Below are positions 29,118 through 38,504 of a stretch of DNA of 64,000 nucleotides, in pieces. Position numbers and translations under genes: made by a program. The DNA is taken from the NCBI GenBank assembly GCA_028277845.1, contig JANQFL010000074.1:40758-104757 (forward strand). Direction: 5' to 3'. The stretch is from Sneathiellales bacterium (GTDB lineage: Bacteria > Pseudomonadota > Alphaproteobacteria > JANQFL01). The notes under the pieces were generated by a model, which was not told the DNA's origin, made no database searches, and was given only the letters and a program-made list of their open reading frames with translations. Each line of letters opens with the position of its first letter. The stretch's first letter is position 1.

Positions 29118-30500
29118 ATGTCGGACGAATCGAGGGACCTGATCGATCGGCAGATAACCGCCGAATTGGTGGATATGGCGTTTCGCGGAACCGGGCTCAG
29201 CCTGCTGGTCGAGCCGGTCGCCGTCGGTGCCATGGCCGTGCTGTTCTACAACTCCGTACATCCCCAGGGGTTGGCGATCTGGGTTTCCCTGGTTCTCAGC
29301 GCAACCGCGTTTCGCGCCATCCTCTGGCACCGGTTTCACGGTTCCTCGCCGGAAGTTCGAAGCCAGGCCCGTTGGGGGCAAATTCTCGCGGTATCCATGT
29401 TGGTGTCCGGATTTGTCTGGGGCGGCGCCACGGTGCTGGTCTGGCCCGGCGGCTCGTTGACCGGCCAACTCGCCCTGTTCGGCATCGTCAGTATGGCGAC
29501 GATCGGGATGTGCGGCTTGGTCACCGGCTACATTCCGGCGGCCAATGCGTTTCTGGGCGCCCTGCTGATCGTCGTTGTGCCGGTCATGATTACGAAGCAG
29601 GACGTCACCTACTACGTCACGGTGGCGTTTGCCCTGGTCTATGCGTTGATGCTGCTGGCCATCGCCCATCACATCAGAAATTTGCTGCGCCGGTCGGCGG
29701 AACTGCGTGTCGATCTGTCGGACGCCCGCGATGCGGCCCAGGCGGCCAACCACACCAAGTCCGAGTTCATTGCCAATATGAGCCACGAACTGCGGACGCC
29801 GCTCAACGCCATCATCGGGTTTTCCGAGATCATCCAGCAGCAGACCTTCGGTCCGATCGAAAATGACCGCTACAAGGATTACATCGACGACATCCTGAAT
29901 AGCGGCCGTCACCTGCTCGGAATTGTCACCGAAATCCTCGATCTGTCGAAGATCGAGGCCGGCAAGATGGATCTCAACGAACAGGAATGCAATGTGGCCG
30001 GCCTGGTTGACGGGTGCATCACGTTCCTGCGCCAGAAAGCCGACGAAGCGGGCGTCATGGTGGTCAACGAGCTGCCGCCTCATGCGCCGTCCATTGTCGG
30101 CGATGAACGGGCGCTCAAGCAGATCGTCATCAATCTTCTGTCCAATGCCATCAAATTCACGCCGATCGGGGGCGAGGTACGCATTCGGCTCGACCCCTCT
30201 TCAACCGGCGGCATCAGTTTGAAAATCCGCGATACGGGGATCGGCATCGCCCCGGAGGACATCAAGAAGGTGATGGATCCCTTCGGTCAGGTGGAAAACG
30301 CCTATTCACGCCAGCATGAAGGCACCGGCCTCGGACTGCCGCTGGTCAAGGCGATGACCGAAATGCATCATGGGACTTTCCATCTGACGAGCGAAGTCGA
30401 CCTGGGAACGGAAGCGATCGTCGAGTTTCCCGAGGATCGCGTGATCGGAGCGTTCGATTACGCACCGCTGCAGTCAGAGGTTGTTTCGGTCCCGCACTAG
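29118..30500 (+). CDS. Multi-TM sensor histidine kinase (PleC/DivJ-like kinase core)
   Basis: About 6 TM; [41 protein letters not shown]. Confidence 0.92.
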   Translation: MSDESRDLIDRQITAELVDMAFRGTGLSLLVEPVAVGAMAVLFYNSVHPQGLAIWVSLVLSATAFRAILWHRFHGSSPEVRSQARWGQILAVSMLVSGFVWGGATVLVWPGGSLTGQLALFGIVSMATIGMCGLVTGYIPAANAFLGALLIVVVPVMITKQDVTYYVTVAFALVYALMLLAIAHHIRNLLRRSAELRVDLSDARDAAQAANHTKSEFIANMSHELRTPLNAIIGFSEIIQQQTFGPIENDRYKDYIDDILNSGRHLLGIVTEILDLSKIEAGKMDLNEQECNVAGLVDGCITFLRQKADEAGVMVVNELPPHAPSIVGDERALKQIVINLLSNAIKFTPIGGEVRIRLDPSSTGGISLKIRDTGIGIAPEDIKKVMDPFGQVENAYSRQHEGTGLGLPLVKAMTEMHHGTFHLTSEVDLGTEAIVEFPEDRVIGAFDYAPLQSEVVSVPH

Positions 30501-30743
30501 CGACTCCGCGGTGGTGCCGATCTGTAGCACCGTTGCAACAATCCCTCCGTAAAAACGATTGAACCGGTTGAGGCCGCCTTGGCGGCTGTGTCTGTTTTGT
30601 GTGAAGGTTTCTCTTTTCCTTCACTCAGGCGGGGCATTTTGTTAGGCTAAAGTTGTGCGTTTTGTAACAATAACAACATATTGATGTTTTGTGTTGAGTG
30701 AGTGGTTGATGTTGTGCGTTGAGTTAACAAGGGACCGAGTCTG

Positions 30744-32000
30744 ATGCCGGACAAGACCGCCGCGCCGCATCGTGGACGGCCGTCGGCGTCGCCGAGATGG
30801 GGTGAAATTCCGTCTCTGACGCGGCGAATCGATCAATTGTGGGTGGATCATCTGTATCCGCCCGTCGTCGTCGGCAGCACGCCCGGCCCGGACGCGCTTC
30901 TCCTCAGCAGCAACGACTATCTGGCGCTCTCCCACGACCGGCGCATTATCGACGCGCAAGTTCAGTCGTTGCGTGGCGCCGACAATGAACTGTTCATGTC
31001 GGGGGTGTATGCCCAGTATCTCGACTATCAGCGCGCCTTCGAGTTGGATATCGGAGAGCAGTTGGGGGCGGAAGATGTCGCGTTGTGCCAATCGGGATAC
31101 GCAGCCAACGAAGGTCTGATCCAGGTTCTCGCCGATGCCGATACACCCGTATATATCGACATGCAGGCGCATGCCTCGCTCTGGCAGGGGGCGCAGAACA
31201 CCGGCGCGCCGGTCTATCCGGTGCGCCACAACAACGCGCAGCATCTACGCACGCTGACCCGGAAGTATGGGCCGGGTGTCGTCTGCGTCGACGCCATCTA
31301 CAGCACTGTCGGCAGTATCTGCAATCTCGGCGACATCATCGACGTTTGCGAGGATAGCGGATCCATCCTGGTGGTCGATGAATCCCACTCCATCGGTGTT
31401 GTCGGCGAATTCGGTGAAGGGCTGGTCAGTTCCCTCGGCCTGGAAGACCGTGTGCCGTATCGCACATTCAGCCTGTCCAAGGCCCTAGTCGGCCGCGCCG
31501 GTATCGTGATGGGGCCGAAGCGGGTGATGGAATTCTTCCGCGGGGATTCCCGGCCGGCGATCTTCAGTTCCGCCGTCATGGGGTGGGAGATTGCCCGCTT
31601 TACGAAAACCTGGGACATCGTGCGGGACGAGAACTGGCGGCGCAAGGTGCTCTGGGACAATGCCCGGTATTTGAGCGACGGGCTCGATGCCCTGGGTTAT
31701 AACATGGACCTGACCGAAACGCCGATCATTCCGATTGAAGCGGGATCGGAAAACGCCACCAAATTGCTGCGCGATACCCTGGAACGGGCCGGCATATTCG
31801 GCGCGGTCTTCTCCGGCCCGGCGACGCCGGCGAACCGCTGCATCGTCCGTTTCTGCGTCAATGCGGCCCACACAAAGGAAGACCTCGACCGGGTGATCGA
31901 GGTCTGCGACCAGGTGCGTGACGACGTGGGTATGGCGAACTGGGCGTCCACCCGCCGCCGCAAAGGCCGGGCGCAGAACGTCGTTTCATTGAAGCCCTGA
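30744..32000 (+). CDS. cqsA: Alpha-hydroxyketone autoinducer synthase, CqsA/LqsA-like (PLP, AONS fold)
   Basis: SNDYLAL, LFMSGVY, QSGYAANEGLIQ, YIDMQAHASLWQG, YGPGVVCVDAIYST, VDESHS, SLSK (PLP Lys), PAIFSS, FGAVF..PAT: a motif series characteristic of CqsA rather than BioF. Confidence 0.88.
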   Translation: MPDKTAAPHRGRPSASPRWGEIPSLTRRIDQLWVDHLYPPVVVGSTPGPDALLLSSNDYLALSHDRRIIDAQVQSLRGADNELFMSGVYAQYLDYQRAFELDIGEQLGAEDVALCQSGYAANEGLIQVLADADTPVYIDMQAHASLWQGAQNTGAPVYPVRHNNAQHLRTLTRKYGPGVVCVDAIYSTVGSICNLGDIIDVCEDSGSILVVDESHSIGVVGEFGEGLVSSLGLEDRVPYRTFSLSKALVGRAGIVMGPKRVMEFFRGDSRPAIFSSAVMGWEIARFTKTWDIVRDENWRRKVLWDNARYLSDGLDALGYNMDLTETPIIPIEAGSENATKLLRDTLERAGIFGAVFSGPATPANRCIVRFCVNAAHTKEDLDRVIEVCDQVRDDVGMANWASTRRRKGRAQNVVSLKP

Positions 32001-32047
32001 ATTTCGCGCCGGTCTGAACGGCGTACCGCCCACTTTCCGGCCGCTGC

Positions 32048-33412
32048 TCAGCCGTGCGGTTGATCCGGCATCACCGGCAACATGATGATGACTTCCGTGA
32101 ATTCGCCGGGTTCCGAACGGGCGGAAATCGTGCCGCCGAATCGGTCGATGACGGCGGCGCAGAAGCGCAATCCCGATCCGGCGCCCTCCGGCGTGGTCAC
32201 ATGGTTGCCGTAGGTTTCGAACAGGCGGGACACCACCTGCTTGGGCATGCCGACCCCCTGGTCGCGGATCTTGATCACATTGCCCTGGGGTGTGGCGGCG
32301 ACTTCGAAAAGCACCTTGCCGGTCCCTTTCAGGGAGACGGCCTGAAGGGCGTTCTTCGTCAGGTTCAGCAGGACGTGGGTCATGAGATTGACCGAGCCGT
32401 TGAACATGAAGTCGTTGTCCTTGCGCCAGGTGATGCGGGCCCGTTCCCGGTCTGATTTGAAGGGGTAGCGCCGCAATGCCTCGTTGATGCAGTGACTGAT
32501 GGAGCACGGCCCGAGTTCGATGGAATGCAGGGGGAACTCGCCGGCGTTCATTTGCATCATGCTGACGACCGCCAGCGTGTGTTCGATTTCCGTTTCGATC
32601 TGTTGCGGCACGTCGCCGACGGCCTTGAGATGATTGGCATCCAGGTCCACCACGTCCAGGCCGGCGTGCTGGGCCTTGCCGTAGGCGTCGATCAGTTGCG
32701 GCAGGAAATGGCGCAGGCTGACGCTGCCGCGCTTGATCATCTGCAACGGCGGTCGGAGTTCCTTCGACAGGCTGTTCGCCGCGGCGGTCACCGCGCGCAT
32801 GCGTTCCTGCCGGATCATGCCGGCCTTGTAGTTGAACACCATGCCGCCAAGTACCAGAAACACCAGAACCGGGAAGTATTCGAAATAGAACTCGGTCTGC
32901 ATGCCCTCGGGCACGGTCACCGCGAAGACGCCCAGCGCGGCGGCCGATCCGACAACGTACAGAACCAGCAAATGAAACCAGTCGACCAACAGGATAAGGA
33001 AGAAGATCGCCGCCATCACCGACAACAGCCAGACGAACGAGGCGCCGTTCATCAGCATCATGTAGGTGAAAAAGAACGGCACGCTGTAAAGACACACGAA
33101 CAGGTAATAGACCCGCGTATAGCGGCGCAGCGACTCCGGCCATCGGTTGCGCAGCGCGAGTATCAGGCACAAGGCGGCGCCGATGGCTCGCAACAACAGG
33201 CTTTCGTACGGCTGCGGGAACAGAACGTCCCAGACGAGCCAGTACACCAGAAACGCGATCGCCGCGAACAGGCCGACGAAAGTCAGGTTGGGTTCGACGT
33301 ACGTGAAATTCTGCTGACCGAGCGCGCGGACGTAGGCCGCCGCTTTCGCCAAGCGGTGTAAACCGTGTTTATCGGAGTTCGCTCCACCGTTGAGAGCACG
33401 GTCTTGGTACAC
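32048..33412 (-). CDS. cqsS: CqsS/LqsS-like membrane sensor, H-box His replaced by Lys, no receiver domain
   Basis: YVEPNLTFVG...W..LFPQPYESLLLR and PFFFTYMMLMN..S.VWLLS typical of the CqsS/LqsS sensing domain; H-box reads SKELRPPL; HATPase N/G1/F/G2 boxes present. Confidence 0.85.
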   Translation of the reverse strand: MYQDRALNGGANSDKHGLHRLAKAAAYVRALGQQNFTYVEPNLTFVGLFAAIAFLVYWLVWDVLFPQPYESLLLRAIGAALCLILALRNRWPESLRRYTRVYYLFVCLYSVPFFFTYMMLMNGASFVWLLSVMAAIFFLILLVDWFHLLVLYVVGSAAALGVFAVTVPEGMQTEFYFEYFPVLVFLVLGGMVFNYKAGMIRQERMRAVTAAANSLSKELRPPLQMIKRGSVSLRHFLPQLIDAYGKAQHAGLDVVDLDANHLKAVGDVPQQIETEIEHTLAVVSMMQMNAGEFPLHSIELGPCSISHCINEALRRYPFKSDRERARITWRKDNDFMFNGSVNLMTHVLLNLTKNALQAVSLKGTGKVLFEVAATPQGNVIKIRDQGVGMPKQVVSRLFETYGNHVTTPEGAGSGLRFCAAVIDRFGGTISARSEPGEFTEVIIMLPVMPDQPHG

Positions 33413-33648
33413 GATACGGGTCTACTGTGCTTATTGGAATGAACGTTCGGGATGCCATTCTGAGCACAGGCCGTTAACAATTCGTTTAGCATATTCGCTC
33501 ACTACGCGGAAATGCGCATGAATCTCCGATGGTCGCAGGACCTTCCAGCCTCCCGTTTAGGTTTTGTTAGCATTCCTGAATCAATAATTACCCGTGCGAC
33601 AGCAACAGGCCGGAACCATCACCGGCTGAGATCACGGGACTTGGGACA

Positions 33649-33975
33649 GTGGATCGAGTACGCGAAGCCATCTGCACCGCAGCGTCCGATTTGGGCGAGG
33701 ATTTCAGGACGATTTCGGAACGAATCGGCCTGGAGACGGCCTATCTCGAGCGATTTATCGAGCAGGGATCGCCGACCGCCTTGCCGCGGGACATCGGCCG
33801 GCGACTGGCCGGTGAGCTCGGCCTTCCCGCCGGTGTGCTCGAGCCGCCAAGGGGCGTGCCTTATTCGGCGGAGCGCAGCCATTCCGCTGCTCCGCCCGAC
33901 CTGACGGTTGTCGCCGGCGGAAATCCCACCCGGTCAACTCCCCTTCATACACGGCCCCGGTCGGCCGCATCGTAG
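33649..33975 (+). CDS. Small HTH protein resembling the N-terminal domain of alphaproteobacterial S24/phage-repressor-like regulators
   Basis: ISERIGLETAYLERFIEQGSPTALP...RRLAGELGL; no peptidase domain. Confidence 0.55.
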   Translation: MDRVREAICTAASDLGEDFRTISERIGLETAYLERFIEQGSPTALPRDIGRRLAGELGLPAGVLEPPRGVPYSAERSHSAAPPDLTVVAGGNPTRSTPLHTRPRSAAS

Positions 33976-33997
33976 CCCCTGTGCCGCCAAACGCGGC

Positions 33998-35548
33998 CTA
34001 ATGGCTGGCGTCCGGCATGCTGGCTTTCTTGGCATCGATGAACGCGTTGAGCGCCTCGTCAAGGGCCGGGTCCAGATCCGGCGCCTCGTAGCGCGCCAGC
34101 ATGTCCTTCCATAGCCCGTTGGCCCGTTGCGCCGCATCCCGGCTGCCTTCGGCTTCCCATTGTTCCACCGAATTGTTGTCGGCCACGGGAGAACGGTAGA
34201 ACGCGGTCTCGAAATGGGCCTGGGTGTGGCCGCAACCGAGGAAGTGATTGCCCGGCCCCACTTCGCGGATGGCGTCCATGGCCTGGCCGTCGTCGCTCAG
34301 ATCGACGCCCTTGGCCAGCACCTGCATCATGGCGCATTGGTCCGCGTCCATGACGAATTTCTCGTATGACGCCGCCAGGCCGCCCTCCAGCCAGCCGGCC
34401 GCATGCAGCACGAAATTGACCCCGGCCATCAGGGTCGGCAACAGCGTCTGGGCGCTCTCATAGGCCGCCTGGGCGTCGGGCACCTTGGAGCCGCAGAGCG
34501 AGCCGCCGGAGCGGAACGGCACGCCAAGGCGCCGCGCCAGTTGCGCCGCGCCGTACAGCACCAGGGCCGGTTCCGGCGTACCGAAGGTGGGCGCGCCCGA
34601 CTGCATGGAAATCGAGCTGGCGAAGGTGCCGAACACGACCGGCGCGCCCGGCCGCACCAGTTGGGTCACGGCCATGCCGGCCATGGCCTCGGCCAGGATC
34701 TGGGCCAGGGTGCCGGCCACGGTGACCGGGCTCATGGCACCGGACAGGATGAACGGCGACACCACGCAGGCCTGGTTGGCCCGGGCGTAGGCCTTCAAGG
34801 CGCCGAGCATGGTGGCGTCGAAGACCATCGGCGAATTGGCGTTGATCAGATTGACGACCACGCAGTTGGCGTCGACGAAATCGGCGCCGAACAGGATGCG
34901 GCACATCTCCACCGTGTCCTCGGCCCGCAAAGGGTGAGTGACCGAGCCCATGAACGGTTTGTCGCTCAGCCGCATGTGGCTGTAGACCATGTCCAGGTGG
35001 CGCTTGTTCACCGGCAGATCGACCGGCTCGCACACCGTGCCGCCGGAATGATGCAGGCCGGGGCTGAGATAGGCCAGTTTGACGAAGTTCCGGAAGTCCT
35101 CGATGGTCGCGTAGCGCCGCCCTTCATCGAGATTACGGATAAACGGCGGGCCGTAGACCGGCGCGAACACCGTATTGTTGCCGCCGATCTCCACGTTGCG
35201 GGCCGGGTTGCGGGCATGCTGGGTGAACTGTTTCGGTGCGGTGGCCAACAGCGTCCGCGCCAGGCCGCGCGGGATGTGCACCCGCTCGCCCCGCACGTCG
35301 GCGCCGGCGTTGCGCCACAATTCCAGCGCCTCGTCATCTTCCCGGAAATCGATACCGATCTCTTCCAGAATGGTTTCGGCGTTGTACTCGATGGTTTCGA
35401 GGCCATCGTCGCTCAACACCTCGGTCAGCGGGATCTGCCGGCTGATGTAGGGAGCCTGCTGCTCCACCGGGGCCGCCCGCGCCGCCCGCCGGGCCTCGCG
35501 CCCGCCGCCTGCCCGCCGGCCGCGCCGGCCGGTCTGTTCCTGCGCCAT
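33998..35548 (-). CDS. mttB: Trimethylamine methyltransferase family (MttB-like, non-pyrrolysine; probable glycine betaine:corrinoid methyltransferase)
   Basis: HARNP, APVYGPPF, GGTVCEPVD, SDKPFMG, SGAPTFGTPE, HAAGWLEGG; no in-frame amber. Confidence 0.92.
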   Translation of the reverse strand: MAQEQTGRRGRRAGGGREARRAARAAPVEQQAPYISRQIPLTEVLSDDGLETIEYNAETILEEIGIDFREDDEALELWRNAGADVRGERVHIPRGLARTLLATAPKQFTQHARNPARNVEIGGNNTVFAPVYGPPFIRNLDEGRRYATIEDFRNFVKLAYLSPGLHHSGGTVCEPVDLPVNKRHLDMVYSHMRLSDKPFMGSVTHPLRAEDTVEMCRILFGADFVDANCVVVNLINANSPMVFDATMLGALKAYARANQACVVSPFILSGAMSPVTVAGTLAQILAEAMAGMAVTQLVRPGAPVVFGTFASSISMQSGAPTFGTPEPALVLYGAAQLARRLGVPFRSGGSLCGSKVPDAQAAYESAQTLLPTLMAGVNFVLHAAGWLEGGLAASYEKFVMDADQCAMMQVLAKGVDLSDDGQAMDAIREVGPGNHFLGCGHTQAHFETAFYRSPVADNNSVEQWEAEGSRDAAQRANGLWKDMLARYEAPDLDPALDEALNAFIDAKKASMPDASH

Positions 35549-35687
35549 GTCGTCTACTCGTCTGATTAGGATCGTTGCCGTTCGATCCAGTGTACGCCAG
35601 TCACCCGTGCCGCCGACTTGCGCGGGTCCGTCCCGTTGTGGCTTGCGCGCGCCCTCCCGTCGGATGTTGGATGCGGCCGTGCCTATC

Positions 35688-38255
35688 CTACGATTTCATG
35701 CGCCCATTGGTCGGGTCGTAGAGCGGTTTGTAACCGACGGCCTCGACCTGGACCGGGAACTTTTGATTGAAGTATTCGATCTCGAGCTGGCGGCCCTCTT
35801 CGCAGTAATCCTGCGGCAGGTAGCCGAGCGCGATGTTCTTGCCGAGTGACGGACCGTAGGCCAGGCTGGTGGTGTAGGAGCGCCGGCCAAGCGCGTCGAT
35901 CAGCACCTCGTCGGACTTGGGATCGACGATGGGACAGTTGCCCATGGGGTAGCGCGCCACGCCGTCCTTGTCGGTATTGTCCGTGACCGTGAGCGTACAA
36001 AGCATCGCCGGCTGGTGCGGCCGTTCGCGCTGCGCGACATAGGCCGCCTTGCCGTGGAAATCGGCGGTCTTGACCTTCGGGCGGGCGAGACCGGCCTCGA
36101 CCAGATTGTACTCGGTCAGAAGGTCCGCGTTCTGTAGCCGCAGGCTTTTCTCCAGCCGGCGGCTGTTGGCGTAGGTCTCGATGCCGATCGGGGTGATGCC
36201 GGCTTCAAGGAACATGTCCCACAAGGCCAGGCCGTAGCTCAACGGGAAGTGCAGTTCCCAGCCCTGCTCGCCGACATAGGAAATGCGGAAGCCTTTCACC
36301 GGCACGCCGCGCAGGGTGAAGTCCCGGCTGGCCGCGAAGGGGAAGTTTTCCGGGTCCAGTCCGGCCGGGTCGTCGGCCAGCGTCTTCAGGCGCTCGCGGG
36401 CGTTCGGCCCCCAGACGCCGATGCAGCCGTAGTGATCGGTGCGGTCCTCGACGAACACCGACCATTCCTTGTCCTGCACCATACGGCGCAGGTAGGTCAT
36501 GTCGCGATGGCCGGCGTCGGCGCCGTCGATGACGCGGAAGCGGTCCTCGGCAAGCCGCAGCACGGTCAGGTCCGCCTGCACGCCGCCGGCGGCGTCGAGG
36601 AAATTGGTGTAGACCCCCTTGCCGACCGGCGTATCGCCCGCGACCTTCGAGGACGACACATACTCCATCAGCCGTTCCGCGTCGCGGCCCGAAACGTCGT
36701 AAATGGTGAAGTGGGACAGGTTGATCATGCCGACGTTTTCCGACAGCTCCAGATGCTCTGCGTTGGAGACGCGCCAGAAATGGCGGTTGTCCCATTCGTT
36801 CTCGCGCACCGGCACGCGGTCGGCGTATTTGGCCAGCAGCGTCTCTTCGTTGGACGCGTAGCCGTGCGCCCGTTCCCAGCCGGCGATGTCCATGAAGTAG
36901 CCGCCCAGTTCCCGCTCGCGCAGATAGAACGGGCTGCACCGCAGGTTCCGGCCCTTGGAGTAGGGCTCGCGGTTGTGGACGGGCGGATTGTAGATCTTGA
37001 ACGCCGTCTCGTAGCAGCGGTCGTAAATGAAGGGCTCGGTCTTCTGGACGGGGTAGTAGCGGGCGTAATCGATGGCATGATGATCGAACTCGGTGCGCCC
37101 GTCGGTCATCCAGTCGGCGATCACCTTGCCCGTGCCCGGGCCGTCCTTGATCCAGACCGACACGCCGTACCACAGGCCGCGCACGTCCGGCGACTCGCCG
37201 ATGGACGGCCCGCCGTCGGCGGTCACCTGAAGCAACCCGTTGAAGGAGTGCTTCTCGTTGTAGCCCAGCTCGCCGAGGATCGGCGTCAGTTCCATGGCGC
37301 GTTCCAGGGGTTCCATGATCTGTTCCATTTCCAGATCGCGCTGGGAGGGCGAGAGGCGGGCCTCCTCTTTTTCCAGCAGGTCGCGCGGATGCACGAGGCG
37401 GGGCGCCTTCTCCTCGTAGTAACCCCATTCGATCTGACCGCCCTCGGCGGTTTTCGGATCACCGGTGTCGCGCAGATAGGCGGAGTTGCCCTGGTCGCGC
37501 AGCAGCGGATAACCGATTTCCTTGCCGGTACCCGCGAATTCGTTGTAGGGCCCGAAGAAGGTCAGCGGATGGTCGACCGGCATGACGGGCAGGTCCTCGC
37601 CCGCCATCGCCGCGATCAGGCGGCCCCACAGGCCGGCGCAGACGACGACGTAACTCGTCTCGATGTAACCGCGCGACGTGTGGACGCCCTTGATGCGACC
37701 GTTCGCGATGTCGAGGCCGGTGCACGGCGTGTTGGCGATGACTTCCAGCTTGCCGGTTTCCTCGGCGTCGCGGATCATTTCTCCGGCGACCACCTGGGAG
37801 CGCGGGATGACCAGGCCCGCGTCCGGATCCCACAGCGCGCCCTGGATGAGGTCTTCCTCGATGATCGGTAACAGTTCCTTCACCCGCTTCGGCGTGATCA
37901 GTTCGACCCGGTTGCCGAAGGCGCGGCCGGAGCTGACCCGGCGTTCGAGTTCGCGCATGCGCTCGTCGTCGCCCTTGCGGGCGACCTCGATGCCGCCGAT
38001 GCGGGAATAGCGGCCGCGCTTCTCAAAAAAGTCGATGCTGTATCTGGTCGTGAAGATCGTCATCTGGTCGTGCATCGTGTTGAAGCAGAAATCCGACGCA
38101 TGGCCGGTCGAGCCGATGTCGGTGGGAACACCTGATTTGTCGATCCCGATGATGTTGTCCCAACCCCGCTCGATCAGGTGGTGGGCAACCGAGGCCCCGA
38201 CGATGCCGCCCTGTCCGATGATCACGACGTTCGCGCTTTTCTGGAACTGCGCCAT
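35688..38255 (-). CDS. FAD-dependent oxidoreductase-GcvT fusion (dimethylglycine oxidase/dehydrogenase-like)
   Basis: GQGGIVG, GSTGHASDF, LRDQ, GWER, RISYVGEQGWELH, RLEKS, YDP. Confidence 0.88.
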   Translation of the reverse strand: MAQFQKSANVVIIGQGGIVGASVAHHLIERGWDNIIGIDKSGVPTDIGSTGHASDFCFNTMHDQMTIFTTRYSIDFFEKRGRYSRIGGIEVARKGDDERMRELERRVSSGRAFGNRVELITPKRVKELLPIIEEDLIQGALWDPDAGLVIPRSQVVAGEMIRDAEETGKLEVIANTPCTGLDIANGRIKGVHTSRGYIETSYVVVCAGLWGRLIAAMAGEDLPVMPVDHPLTFFGPYNEFAGTGKEIGYPLLRDQGNSAYLRDTGDPKTAEGGQIEWGYYEEKAPRLVHPRDLLEKEEARLSPSQRDLEMEQIMEPLERAMELTPILGELGYNEKHSFNGLLQVTADGGPSIGESPDVRGLWYGVSVWIKDGPGTGKVIADWMTDGRTEFDHHAIDYARYYPVQKTEPFIYDRCYETAFKIYNPPVHNREPYSKGRNLRCSPFYLRERELGGYFMDIAGWERAHGYASNEETLLAKYADRVPVRENEWDNRHFWRVSNAEHLELSENVGMINLSHFTIYDVSGRDAERLMEYVSSSKVAGDTPVGKGVYTNFLDAAGGVQADLTVLRLAEDRFRVIDGADAGHRDMTYLRRMVQDKEWSVFVEDRTDHYGCIGVWGPNARERLKTLADDPAGLDPENFPFAASRDFTLRGVPVKGFRISYVGEQGWELHFPLSYGLALWDMFLEAGITPIGIETYANSRRLEKSLRLQNADLLTEYNLVEAGLARPKVKTADFHGKAAYVAQRERPHQPAMLCTLTVTDNTDKDGVARYPMGNCPIVDPKSDEVLIDALGRRSYTTSLAYGPSLGKNIALGYLPQDYCEEGRQLEIEYFNQKFPVQVEAVGYKPLYDPTNGRMKS

Positions 38256-38504
38256 TTATCTCCGTCTCCGTCTTAGAACCCTATGCCGCCACGAGTGACA
38301 TCGGCGTCCCCGCCCGGCGCACAAAAAAACCTCTGCGCCGCACCGGTCCGCTGCGTCGTCCAACCCACATCCTGGACCGCCCGTGGGTGCCAGACTGCAC
38401 GCGGACCGACCACTTCTTGCGGCGGCTCGACCACGACCGGCCGAACAGGCCATGCCCGGCGGCCCGCGGAACGTGCGGCTGCGGGCTTCAGGTGAATGAG
38501 TTTC

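Noticed and set aside
30744-32000. BioF (8-amino-7-oxononanoate synthase) annotation
   Set aside because: Lacks BioF's GSGASRL-type segment, carries CqsA-type motifs, sits beside a CqsS-like sensor, and no bio genes are adjacent
33998-35548. Pyrrolysine recoding in mttB
   Set aside because: ORF is continuous with no in-frame TAG, and no pyl genes are present
38256-38504. Glycine or other riboswitch upstream of the dimethylglycine oxidase-like gene (also checked before soxB and cobD)
   Set aside because: Conserved aptamer core sequences not found by eye; an Rfam scan would be needed to exclude this fully
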